A DNA stretch of 34,805 nt from Candidatus Sysuiplasma jiujiangense (GTDB lineage: Archaea; Thermoplasmatota; Thermoplasmata; Sysuiplasmatales; Sysuiplasmataceae), in the NCBI GenBank assembly GCA_019721075.1, contig JAHEAD010000008.1, positions 62,001 through 96,805 of the forward strand. The letters are read 5' to 3'. Positions 8,770 through 17,936 of the stretch are shown one piece after another. The position numbers and the translations under genes were made by a program. The notes under the pieces are model-generated. The model did not search any database, had not been told where the DNA came from, and saw only the letters and a list, made by a program, of their open reading frames with translations. The stretch's first letter is position 1; each line of letters starts with the position of its first letter.

Positions 8770-11508
8770 ATGCTAGGAAATCTACTCAAGACCAGATCCG
8801 GGAGACGGATCGTTGTAGCCATAGTGGTCGCAATACTCATCATCAGCGGACTGGCAGTCTACCTCCTGTCTCTTCCGTCCAAGCAGACAAAGTCATCAAC
8901 AACTGCCCCCGGGAATGCAGAAGTCAGCGGCTATCCGGAGGTTGTAAACATGAGCGTCAGCGCAAACCAGAGCTTCCCTCTGACATTTTTAGTCACTGAC
9001 AGATATGTTCAGGGAATAACCGTAACTGTGGACAGCCAGTCACCGGTAACAAACGCAACAGCGTATTTTATGGCGCAGGGAACAAACTGGAATATAATAG
9101 ACGGGGGAAAGGGTATCGAGTCAACGCTCGGGGAAATGCCGGTGGGATTCAGGGATACCAACATAACGCTCAAGATCACGGGAAACGATAACGCCAGCGG
9201 ACATATCGATTTCCACGAGGCAGCGGCTGTTGGCACAATCACACCATCGTTCGTTTCGGTCAACATAACCAGCTACCATCAGGCTCCAGTGCCCAAACCA
9301 AAGAAACCGTCGATATCATTTACCAATCTTCCAGCAACCGTTAGGGTGAGATCTGGCACTTCAGGAAGCTACGTGATAAACTATACAGAGAAAAATAGCC
9401 CAGGACCACTTTCGTGGGCAACAAACGAATCCTGGGTTTCGATTACAACAATAAACAGCACCAGCGCAGTGGCAAACTACATCGCCCCGAATGTGACTGC
9501 CAACACAACCTACGTCGTGAGCATAAACGTATCCTCGGCCAACGGCGCAGCCAACAGCTCTGCGCTCACGGTTATTGACTACATCACATCCGCTGTTTCT
9601 GTCAAATCATACATAATGCTTGACAATCTGCCCGCGACACTGACGGTATATTCCGGTTCAAAAGGAACATTCACCATAAACTACACTGCATTAAATGCGA
9701 CAGCGCCACTTGTCTGGAGCGCTAACAGAACCTGGGTGATGGTCTCAACAAATAACGGCACAACCGCATTTGCAAACTACACCGCCCCGAATGTGACTGC
9801 CAACACAACAGCGATTGTGAACATATCTGTAATTTCAAGCAACGGGATTACAAATTCATCAACAATTACATTCAACATCATCAGCGAGAAAATCTCGCCG
9901 GCACCAGCGGGCAAAATCATCTTCGAGAACCTTCCGGCAACTATCACTGTACCCTCCGGCTCGACAGGGACATACGTCATCAACTATACTGCAGTGAACA
10001 CAACCGGATTGATAAACTGGACTGCAAGCGTCCCTTGGGTTGAAATGGTTCCAGTGAATGCTACACTGACAGACGCCAACTACACTGCACCGGTAGTCAC
10101 ACCGGGACCGCTCAGCATACTGAATCTTACGGAGCTGTTTTCGTTCAACAGGACATTTGTGGTTACAATAACAGCCATATCGTCAAACGGGATTGAAAAC
10201 AGCTCAACGCTGACTTTCATAGTTACGGCTGTGAACACAACAATTCCAAGACCGAACTACCTGATATACACATCCATCTGTCTGAACAACTCCGAACTGA
10301 ATGCAGAGATAAACGGCGGGATACACATTGACATAAACACGGCAGCACCGCCGCCGCCGAGCGGCCAGCCACTCATTTACATGATATACACGCTGATATG
10401 CCTGAACGACTCTGAACTCAGCATAAAGGTCAACGGCGGGATACACATCGATCTCAATGCACCGCCGCCGAACAGCGAGCTCATCGTTTATACCGTAATA
10501 ACGGCAAACAATTCGGAAATCAATCTGCGCATAAATGGCGGGATATCCTTCGGAACTCACGCTCCGCCGCCTCCGCCGCCTGGCCTGAGCATCGTTAGTT
10601 TCACTTCAATAAGCAGCATCAATTCGGAGATAAATCTGGAAATAAGCGGACTGCAGCAGACATCTCAGCAACCGGCAGGAACGGCTTCTGCCGGAACGGA
10701 TAACACCACAGTCCGGATTGTCGCATATACCTCTGTCTACCTGAATGATTCAGAGGCATCCGTCCGGATAAATGGGGGCCTGAACATTGGCCTGGACACA
10801 GGCACTTCCCCGATGAACGAAACAGCACCACTCGCTACCATCATTCAGATGAACAACTCCAGTCTCGAAATTTCGGTGTCAGGCGGTGTCGCCTTAAATG
10901 CACATCCGCAACCGCCAATGCCGCCGGCTCCAACCGTGCAGATCGGGACATTTTTGTTTCTGAATAATTCGGAAATGAAAGTTTCGATACAGGGAGGCTT
11001 TTCGGTTAATGCCGCGGCACAGCCGCCACCGAGCAGCCAGCCTGCCACATACACAGTATACACGCTGATATGCCTGAACGACTCTGAACTCAGCATAAAG
11101 GTCAACGGCGGGATACACGTACTGCTCGACGCTCAGACAACATCGGTTACAACCGTTATCTGCATCAGCGATGGTACTTTCAGTTACAGCACAAACAACC
11201 GGAATGGAAATGAGCAATCTCGCATCAATGGAACAGGAAATGCAGGCGCCGGCTCTGAAGGGGCAGGCGAGGCTGTTACGTATTCAAACACAACCGTCCT
11301 ACCGTCAGTGAAGATAAAACTGATGATAAACAGGCACACAGAATACGCAACGGGTCTTCTATATGTCACGGCACATAACCCATCTCAGACAGGGAACGGG
11401 ACAGGGACTTCGGGCATGTTTGACATGTCCTACGATGGATTTGGAGCCCATATCCCGATGTCGTCGCTTGCACTGGTGTTTATAAACCCTACAGGGCCGC
11501 CGACTTAG
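8770..11508 (+). CDS. Large secreted or membrane-anchored surface glycoprotein with Ig-like and beta-rich tandem repeats
   Basis: Basic N-terminus plus hydrophobic helix; very many N-x-S/T sequons; three ~100-aa NLPAT repeats; about 9 C-terminal YTxIxLNxSE...NGG repeats. Confidence 0.85.
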   Translation: MLGNLLKTRSGRRIVVAIVVAILIISGLAVYLLSLPSKQTKSSTTAPGNAEVSGYPEVVNMSVSANQSFPLTFLVTDRYVQGITVTVDSQSPVTNATAYFMAQGTNWNIIDGGKGIESTLGEMPVGFRDTNITLKITGNDNASGHIDFHEAAAVGTITPSFVSVNITSYHQAPVPKPKKPSISFTNLPATVRVRSGTSGSYVINYTEKNSPGPLSWATNESWVSITTINSTSAVANYIAPNVTANTTYVVSINVSSANGAANSSALTVIDYITSAVSVKSYIMLDNLPATLTVYSGSKGTFTINYTALNATAPLVWSANRTWVMVSTNNGTTAFANYTAPNVTANTTAIVNISVISSNGITNSSTITFNIISEKISPAPAGKIIFENLPATITVPSGSTGTYVINYTAVNTTGLINWTASVPWVEMVPVNATLTDANYTAPVVTPGPLSILNLTELFSFNRTFVVTITAISSNGIENSSTLTFIVTAVNTTIPRPNYLIYTSICLNNSELNAEINGGIHIDINTAAPPPPSGQPLIYMIYTLICLNDSELSIKVNGGIHIDLNAPPPNSELIVYTVITANNSEINLRINGGISFGTHAPPPPPPGLSIVSFTSISSINSEINLEISGLQQTSQQPAGTASAGTDNTTVRIVAYTSVYLNDSEASVRINGGLNIGLDTGTSPMNETAPLATIIQMNNSSLEISVSGGVALNAHPQPPMPPAPTVQIGTFLFLNNSEMKVSIQGGFSVNAAAQPPPSSQPATYTVYTLICLNDSELSIKVNGGIHVLLDAQTTSVTTVICISDGTFSYSTNNRNGNEQSRINGTGNAGAGSEGAGEAVTYSNTTVLPSVKIKLMINRHTEYATGLLYVTAHNPSQTGNGTGTSGMFDMSYDGFGAHIPMSSLALVFINPTGPPT
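9310..10230 (+). repeat. Three ~300-bp intragenic repeats encoding Ig-like modules
   Basis: NLPATxxVxSGxxGxxxINYT...W.....WV....ANYxAP recurs three times. 9472-9509 and 9772-9809 match at 37/38 nt with a period of exactly 300 bp. Confidence 0.85.
10385..11118 (+). repeat. Exact 62-bp direct repeat pair (10385-10446 and 11057-11118)
   Basis: tatacacgctgatatgcctgaacgactctgaactcagcataaaggtcaacggcgggatacac occurs twice, 672 bp apart and in frame. Confidence 0.92.
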
Positions 11509-11540
11509 CTGATATCCATTACAGCGGGTCTCCCCAAACC

Positions 11541-11568
11541 TTTTATTTTTTACTTACCCTGTTTTTTT
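11541..11568 (+). terminator. Putative archaeal oligo-T terminator
   Basis: ttttatttttt...gttttttt tracts about 30-60 nt after the stop codon at 11508. Confidence 0.6.
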
Positions 11569-11615
11569 GTGACAGATGACAGAAGAAATTAATTATTAGC
11601 TGGCAATTGTAGGCT

Positions 11616-12203
11616 GTGAATATAAAAATCGAAATACTGGACATAATTGCAGTGATCGTCCTCGTATCGCTGATATTTGTTGCCTTCCTGTTCCTGACGC
11701 CTACATCAATAACGCAGAGCACAAATGCGACCAGCCTGGTCCAGGCGGACGGCAGTTTCGCAACGTACTACATCAACCTGACAGCAGCAAACGGTTACAG
11801 GACCATACCGCTCTCCGTCTCCAACCTCCGGTTCACCGGAGCTCCCGGATGGAACTACAGCATCTCACACAGCCGCTTTGTACTGTATTCCGGCAGCAGT
11901 TATTCAGACGAGATTACAGTTTTTGTGCCGCCGAATGCAGCCATTGGAAGCAATACGACTCTTTCGCTGACACTGTCATCATATTCGTCACCCGGAGCAT
12001 ATTCCCAGACGCTGTCGTTCAGAACGATTGCCGCCTCAAAGCCGTTTGTCCAGTCGGCCGGCCAGATAACCACTGTGGACGTGCTGGGACTCAACCTGAT
12101 CCCCTGGTACGCAATAATCGGCCCCCTTGCCGTTGTTGTTGTATCCGTGGGCTCTGGAATTATAGTGTCCTATTCTATCGGGAGCGACTCAGGGAAGAGA
12201 TGA
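11616..12203 (+). CDS. Hypothetical membrane protein (N- and C-terminal TM helices flanking an extracellular Ig-like domain)
   Basis: Two hydrophobic termini; Ser/Thr-rich beta-type middle (GAPGWNY...ITVFVPPNAAIG) with N-glycosylation sequons. Confidence 0.75.
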   Translation: MNIKIEILDIIAVIVLVSLIFVAFLFLTPTSITQSTNATSLVQADGSFATYYINLTAANGYRTIPLSVSNLRFTGAPGWNYSISHSRFVLYSGSSYSDEITVFVPPNAAIGSNTTLSLTLSSYSSPGAYSQTLSFRTIAASKPFVQSAGQITTVDVLGLNLIPWYAIIGPLAVVVVSVGSGIIVSYSIGSDSGKR

Positions 12204-12470
12204 ATCTACGCTCCTCCTCTCGCGGGATGTTTCAAAGAGAATTGCTGCCACAACATGGGAACAGATTACCGGTTTGCCTGCTTTGAGACTGCCGAGCGCA
12301 CATGTGCAGTTGAATGATCCGCCGCTCATCAGCCTTACTTCGTATCGCCTGTGCTCCCCTTCCACAAAAAGATAGACGCCCTTTTCGGTTTCGGCATCAA
12401 GGCTCACTTTCCCGTCATTAAAGAGTTCGGAGCCCTTCCTGTAAATGGAAGTAGGAGGCACTCGAAGCAC
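12189..12470 (-). CDS. SWIM zinc-finger protein
   Basis: VEGE..RYEV...FNCTC...ICSHVVAA, matching the CxC-x(n)-CxH SWIM signature. Confidence 0.8.
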   Translation of the reverse strand: MLRVPPTSIYRKGSELFNDGKVSLDAETEKGVYLFVEGEHRRYEVRLMSGGSFNCTCALGSLKAGKPVICSHVVAAILFETSRERRSVDSSLP

Positions 12471-12515
12471 CGTGAAATCATAAGTAATTTGGTATTAAGA
12501 GATATTGCAAAACCA

Positions 12516-15368
12516 TTATTTTTTCCTGACGATGAAATAGCTTGCCGTCGCTGCGATTATAATAGTCAGAAACAGTATAATCAGCGTCGTATGATTTTCG
12601 AGAAGCGGGATAAGGCCCAGTCCCTGAATCGTCAGTTGCGTGGTGATATTGACGGTATCTCCTGCCGTATCCGTAACGATAAGCTTTACACGATATGTGC
12701 CACCTGATGCGAACACATGGTTTACGGGATTTCCGCTGGAAACAGCACCGCCACCGAAATGCCATGAGTAGAAATAGACGCCTGAACCCCCGGAAACGCT
12801 GGCGTTGAAGGTAGCATTGTACGGTGCAACACCGTTGCTTGAAGGCAGGACAGTTATGATTCCGTTCAGAGGAGGGAAGACGCGTATGGTTTCGGAGGCG
12901 TTTGCGGACGATCCGTAATAGTCCTTCACTGTCAGAAACAGTGAATAGTTTCCCACAGCAGTGTAGGTGACGTTGAGCGACATACCGCTAGATCTGTAAA
13001 CTACGGACTGGTTGGCATACTGCCAGCTAGCGGCATATGGCTGTCTGCCGCCAGCAACCACAGCCGTGAATGTTATACGCAGCGGATAGCTGCCTCCCAG
13101 TCTGCTCGAATTTATTGAAACGGCAAGGTGGGGATAAACAGCTATGCTGAAAATAGATTGTGCAGTGTAGTAGCCGTTCGGTGCTCCCGTATCCAGCGCA
13201 TACACGGTCACAAGAGCAGAAATCGTGTCGCCGCTGGAATAAACATGTGTCGCAGTCGCCGAACCGGAATCGTTCAGGTACGAGCCATCACCGAATGCAT
13301 AATCGAATGAAGTGGAAATGACTCCGAACGGTTCATTGCTGACAGCGGTGGAAAAAGAGACGGCGAGAGGTGCGTCCCCGTTTGAAGGAGTTCCGGAAAG
13401 GGCCGCCGACATTGTATTCCCCGGCGCGCTGTACGCTGTCACGTTGAAAAATGAAACGGATGTTTCGGATGCGTTATCTGTCACAGTAAGGCGAAATGAA
13501 TAGTTTCCTGCGTGCGAAATCTTAGCTACCGTGGCTGCCGAGCTGTTGAATGTTCTCCATCCTCCCGATGAGTTGTTTATAGCCCAGTTTATGTTGTACG
13601 GACGCAGGCCGCCGGTTATGTTTGCATACAGCGAAACAGAGAGCGGAATGTCTCCCCAGGAGGGAGAGCCGGTTGCATGTGCTGCGAGTGGTTGTGTCGG
13701 CTGTCTCGCCAGCACAAGAAGGAGATTGTAGACGGACGGAGTACCGATGCCGGTGACCATATCATATCCCGGTCCTGCGCTGTAGTAGCCGTTGTAACCC
13801 GAAGTGACATCATTGAATGAAACTGAATAATTGGCGCTGTTGAGAATTTTGTAAATGGCTGGATTCAGGAAACCAATTGGTCCCTCACTTTTTGCAAGCC
13901 GGACCTGGTTCTCCAGTGAAATTATTCCGCCCCAGATAGGTGCACCAAAACTCGTTCCGCCGGCCTCATCCCATGTGTTGTTGTAATATACGAAGTAGCC
14001 GCTGCTCGGTTTCGCATTAAGGGAAACGTCAGGTACCTCCCTTCCGCCGCCAGATACAAAATCTCCATATCCTGTCTGCCAGGAAGGCCTGCTGAAGACA
14101 GTGCTTACGCCTCCTCCGCTCCTGTTCCATCCTGTCTCGGAAGAGACTGCGACATTGCTTCCGGATTGTGTCAGGTTAAGCCATGTCCCGCCCACTCCGG
14201 TCACGAACGGCGACGAAGCAGGGAAGTCGACAGTTGGAGAAGACGTATTGTCATATGCGCCGAAATCTCCGCTTGCAGCGAAGGTTGTGATACCTTCCGC
14301 GGCCGCCTGCATGAATGTCTGGTTATCGGAAGACATTGTTGACGTAGGTGTCTGACTCTCGGGAGTTCCCCAGCTCGTTGTCATTACAGAGGAGAGATTG
14401 TGTTCGACAACATAGTTGAAAAGCTCTGTAAACGTGGACAGCTGCGGATTCGGCCCCTCAATTACATTGATTGTTGCGTTGGGAGCTGTTGAACTCATCC
14501 ATTCAGTGTCAAGAGTCGTTTCAAGATCCAGCTGTGAAGTTTGCCCGTACGGCTGGAGCACATTTATTCTCTTTGGCACAATCGAAAATGTATTGTCGAA
14601 ATTTGCAACCGTTGAATTACTGAAAGCGTAGGCTGTTACAATTGAAACAGCAGTGCCCGAACCCGAATATCCGTCACTGTAAATGCCGGTAAAATTATAC
14701 GCCTCATGTATTGTTGCGGGGTTGTATGGTGGTGAAGCATCCGGTCCTGACGGAGGCGTATAATATGGAGCTGCCGAATTGTTAACATAAAGGGCGGGAT
14801 GGGATGCAACATCAAAATTCTGGAGACCCTCTATTCCGTTTACCAGGGGCGCTATCTGAAAAGGGACGGTGACGGTGCCTGCTGCGGTATAGTAAGTTTT
14901 GCCTTGAAGAGTGAATGAAATCATAGTTACTCCAAAAGCGGAGGACACAGAGGAAGGTGTCGCAGTTGCCTCCAGGAGAAGCCTGTCCGAAGCCACGTGC
15001 AGCACATGAATCCCGTGGCTCTGAAGATAGTCCGTCACAGCGTGCACCTGGGACTCAGTCGGAGAAAAACGGGAATCAAACTGCGCGGGCGAAAGAAACG
15101 CATGGTAATTGTAGCTTGCAGGATTCGATTGTTCCGCAATCAGCGTGGCAAGCGCCTGCTCATGGTTCAGTTTGAGCGATACCAGAATGTGAAACGTTGC
15201 ATCATCGAGTTTATGGACAGACGCAGAGCCGGCTGGAACAGGCAGACCATCGGAATTTACCGGAAGGTAGAAATCAGGAGATCTTCCTGTAGGCGGGAAA
15301 GAGGACAATTGAATCAGGCTTGCAGAAAGAAGAACAACCATTACCGAGGCTAGTATGACTTTTTTCAT
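12516..15368 (-). CDS. S53 (sedolisin/kumamolisin) peptidase with pro-domain, about 4 PKD-like domains and a C-terminal membrane anchor
   Basis: Signal peptide; pro-kumamolisin-like region (YHAFLSPAQF..RFSP); ETTLD (Glu/Asp), ASGD (oxyanion Asp), GGTSFGAP (Ser), YDMVTGIGTP; GxxPL/Y PKD starts; terminal TM helix plus RKK. Confidence 0.92.
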   Translation of the reverse strand: MKKVILASVMVVLLSASLIQLSSFPPTGRSPDFYLPVNSDGLPVPAGSASVHKLDDATFHILVSLKLNHEQALATLIAEQSNPASYNYHAFLSPAQFDSRFSPTESQVHAVTDYLQSHGIHVLHVASDRLLLEATATPSSVSSAFGVTMISFTLQGKTYYTAAGTVTVPFQIAPLVNGIEGLQNFDVASHPALYVNNSAAPYYTPPSGPDASPPYNPATIHEAYNFTGIYSDGYSGSGTAVSIVTAYAFSNSTVANFDNTFSIVPKRINVLQPYGQTSQLDLETTLDTEWMSSTAPNATINVIEGPNPQLSTFTELFNYVVEHNLSSVMTTSWGTPESQTPTSTMSSDNQTFMQAAAEGITTFAASGDFGAYDNTSSPTVDFPASSPFVTGVGGTWLNLTQSGSNVAVSSETGWNRSGGGVSTVFSRPSWQTGYGDFVSGGGREVPDVSLNAKPSSGYFVYYNNTWDEAGGTSFGAPIWGGIISLENQVRLAKSEGPIGFLNPAIYKILNSANYSVSFNDVTSGYNGYYSAGPGYDMVTGIGTPSVYNLLLVLARQPTQPLAAHATGSPSWGDIPLSVSLYANITGGLRPYNINWAINNSSGGWRTFNSSAATVAKISHAGNYSFRLTVTDNASETSVSFFNVTAYSAPGNTMSAALSGTPSNGDAPLAVSFSTAVSNEPFGVISTSFDYAFGDGSYLNDSGSATATHVYSSGDTISALVTVYALDTGAPNGYYTAQSIFSIAVYPHLAVSINSSRLGGSYPLRITFTAVVAGGRQPYAASWQYANQSVVYRSSGMSLNVTYTAVGNYSLFLTVKDYYGSSANASETIRVFPPLNGIITVLPSSNGVAPYNATFNASVSGGSGVYFYSWHFGGGAVSSGNPVNHVFASGGTYRVKLIVTDTAGDTVNITTQLTIQGLGLIPLLENHTTLIILFLTIIIAATASYFIVRKK

Positions 15369-15551
15369 TCAGAATCACATGCCGAAATTGTTTTTATTCG
15401 TTTTGCCTGTTGCTGACAGGCAAAGTAAACGCAGTGATCGGATTCGGGTTTTACAGCACTTGCCATGTTTGCTATTTAAATTTAAGGTTCTGAACAGCAG
15501 CTTCAGTAAATATTAATATGAATTGTTGGGTAATAAAAGAATGGTGAGTGG

Positions 15552-15854
15552 ATGCCTACCGAAGAAGAAGTGCTCGAAACTTTGAGAGAATGTTACGATC
15601 CTGAAATACCCATCAACATAGTGGATCTTGGGCTCGTTTACAACGTTTCAATCGAGGACGGCAAGGTTTCGGTGACAATGACACTGACAGCCCCTGGGTG
15701 TCCTGTCAGCGGTATGCTGAAGGATGATGTAACTTCGAAACTGCTCTCCATAAACGGTGTGAAAGAGGCAAACGTGGATATTGTCTGGGAACCCGTCTGG
15801 ACCCCGGAAAAAATGTCTGAAGATGCAAAGAGGCAACTCGGCTGGATGACCTGA
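15552..15854 (+). CDS. DUF59/MIP18 (SufT/PaaD-like) Fe-S cluster assembly protein
   Basis: DPEIPINIVDLGLVY, MTLTAPGCP and WEPVWTPEKMS motifs; GGTGA SD. Confidence 0.93.
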   Translation: MPTEEEVLETLRECYDPEIPINIVDLGLVYNVSIEDGKVSVTMTLTAPGCPVSGMLKDDVTSKLLSINGVKEANVDIVWEPVWTPEKMSEDAKRQLGWMT

Positions 15855-15893
15855 ATGGGTGCATAGCTCCAATATTGTTACAGCATTGCGGCA

Positions 15894-16535
15894 TCAGAAG
15901 TTAACGCCGTATCTTGATGCGAGTTTGGTTATATCCCTGTCAGCCCATTTGAAGAACTCTTTCTGGCTCACAGAAACGACATCTATGCCGTTTCCAGTGG
16001 CCGAATCCCTTTTCAGTGCGGCGCAGATGGCCCTGACAGCAAGGTCAAGGGCTTCTTCCCTTGGCAGATCGGTTGACTTATATCTGTCCTCCATAACACC
16101 GTAAACGTATGGTGAGCCTGATCCCACCGATATGAAGTCGTCCTCTTCCGCCCCGCCGGCCGGGTCGACAGAATAGACGTGAGATCCTGTTTTATCGACA
16201 CCCGCCACTATGGGAAATGTATATTCCGGATAGAATTTGGTCTGATTGAGCATGTTTGCTAGGAGTGTGGATATTCCGCCAACACTGATCTCGAAGCCGT
16301 TCTTGAACTTGAAAATGTTGCTTTCAGCCTGAAGAACCCTTACGACGTGCTGGCTGTCTCCAAGCCCGCCGGCTATAGTTGCTACAATGTGATCGCTTAT
16401 CCGGTGGAGCTTGGTTGTGTTCTTTGAGCTGATCATTGTGTCCATCGTTGCCCTGCGATCGGTCGCCACGAGGATGCCGTCCTTCCATTTGAATCCCAGT
16501 GTTGTTGTCCCTGTCGACTGAATTGTGCCTGCCAT
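15894..16535 (-). CDS. psmB: 20S proteasome beta subunit
   Basis: 9-aa propeptide ending in G followed by TTT; Thr1, Asp17 and Lys33 intact; GSGSPY and RDSATG motifs. Confidence 0.95.
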   Translation of the reverse strand: MAGTIQSTGTTTLGFKWKDGILVATDRRATMDTMISSKNTTKLHRISDHIVATIAGGLGDSQHVVRVLQAESNIFKFKNGFEISVGGISTLLANMLNQTKFYPEYTFPIVAGVDKTGSHVYSVDPAGGAEEDDFISVGSGSPYVYGVMEDRYKSTDLPREEALDLAVRAICAALKRDSATGNGIDVVSVSQKEFFKWADRDITKLASRYGVNF

Positions 16536-16738
16536 ATGCAGAAGTTATAATTATTCGATATATTAACGATTTGATGTGCCGGCGGCGCTTTTGAGGAAAA
16601 ATACCCGTCCAGGATGTATATTCAGCTTTCTTAATAGCTGTTTTGGAAAAAGGGGGCAAAAGGCTGTTCCTGAATAAAAATGAAATTAAGAGATTTGTGC
16701 AAGAATAAACCGCATCACAGATTGTTGCAGAATTACTC

Positions 16739-16957
16739 TTACTTCTTCATTACTTTCATGAAGCCGCCGCTCTCGTGAACGGAAAGCCCCCGGGCATAAA
16801 GCAGGTTTTCGAAATCATCCCAGGTTGTCTCCTCGAGTCTCGGGTTGTTACCCTTGGTAAACTCGAGCTTTGTCGTTCCCTTCACCTTCGCGGGTCTTAG
16901 TCCCTTTGAGTATGCAATTCTCTTTGCTTCCTCGAAGGGAATCTCTCTCATTGCCAT
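16739..16957 (-). CDS. Small hypothetical protein (about 72 aa)
   Basis: MAMREIPFEEAKRIAYSKGLRPAKVKGT...WDDFE...ESGGFMKVMKK has protein-like composition; GAGGGA SD-like sequence upstream of ATG 16957. The longer start at 17047 is less likely. Confidence 0.7.
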   Translation of the reverse strand: MAMREIPFEEAKRIAYSKGLRPAKVKGTTKLEFTKGNNPRLEETTWDDFENLLYARGLSVHESGGFMKVMKK

Positions 16958-17197
16958 TTCTGATGCATCCCTCTCTTCTGTTTTTAGCCACTTTCGCAGC
17001 TGTTGGCTATATCGCAAAGCAAGTATTTCATACTTTCCGTCAGACAATTGTCTTACTTTATGCAGTTAAATTTATATACAAATATCCAAAAGGCGCCTGA
17101 ACTGCGGCCTAACGGCGGCCAGACAGCACGGTCGTTTCAAGTCGATAGGAGAAAATATAATAAAATATCTTATTGCGGTTCAGCAATGAGGTGGGCA

Positions 17198-17917
17198 ATG
17201 AAAAGCAAAGAATGGCAAAACGAAGCTGTAAAGCTCACGATTCCATTCTCAGAGCCGGGTCTTTCCACCTCAATGCTGCTGGAGGTCAAGGGGGAAGACG
17301 AGAGGCAGATTCTGGTTGAATGCGGTGACGGCACGTCCAGCTTCCTATTTTCGAAGTACGGTCGGAATTCTGCGAGGTACGAAACGCTGTCTGACGTACT
17401 GATATCGCATGAGCACATGGATCATGCAGGCGGAATACCTTCATTTCTGCTTCTCATGGAAGTTGCGGGAAGAACAGCAGATCTGAATATTTTTACGCCG
17501 TGCGGTGACAGCGGTTTCATAGGGAACGTTATCAGGCAAATTCAGCCGAAATTGCACTTTATCGTCAATGTGGCAAGTTCATATGACAAATTCAGTTACC
17601 CGGTCAAATCACCAGTCGTATTCCGGAGTTTCAGAACACGGCACAGAGACAGCTTTCCTTCCAACAGGTGCGGTGACATAGTTCCTTCAAATGGGTACTG
17701 CATAACGGTTAACGGCAGTAAACTCGTTTTTTCGGGTGATACGGGACCGTGCAGGGAACTGGAGGAGGAGTGCAGCGGAGCCGAACTGGCGGTTATCGAG
17801 TCGACGTGGGATAAGCCGGTTGACTGCGATTCGCTTCATCTTACGGTCGCACAGGCAAAACGATACGGTTCATTGGCAAAAGATCACATATTAATCCATC
17901 CGGTCAGGGATGTCTGA
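17198..17917 (+). CDS. RNase Z/BN-like metallo-beta-lactamase-fold hydrolase
   Basis: ECGDG, ISHEHMDHAGG, FSGDTGP, IEST, HLT and IH motifs; GAGGTG SD before ATG 17198. Confidence 0.8.
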   Translation: MKSKEWQNEAVKLTIPFSEPGLSTSMLLEVKGEDERQILVECGDGTSSFLFSKYGRNSARYETLSDVLISHEHMDHAGGIPSFLLLMEVAGRTADLNIFTPCGDSGFIGNVIRQIQPKLHFIVNVASSYDKFSYPVKSPVVFRSFRTRHRDSFPSNRCGDIVPSNGYCITVNGSKLVFSGDTGPCRELEEECSGAELAVIESTWDKPVDCDSLHLTVAQAKRYGSLAKDHILIHPVRDV

Positions 17918-17936
17918 ATATCAAAGAACAGGATAT

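Noticed and set aside
10385..11118. Repeat pair as a DGR template/variable repeat or as CRISPR repeats
   Set aside because: The copies are identical (no adenine-specific mismatches), both are in frame within one CDS, there is no reverse transcriptase or cas gene, and there is no repeat-spacer periodicity.
15894..16535. Inactive or atypical proteasome beta paralog
   Set aside because: The Gly-Thr processing site, Asp17 and Lys33 are all intact, so this is an ordinary subunit.
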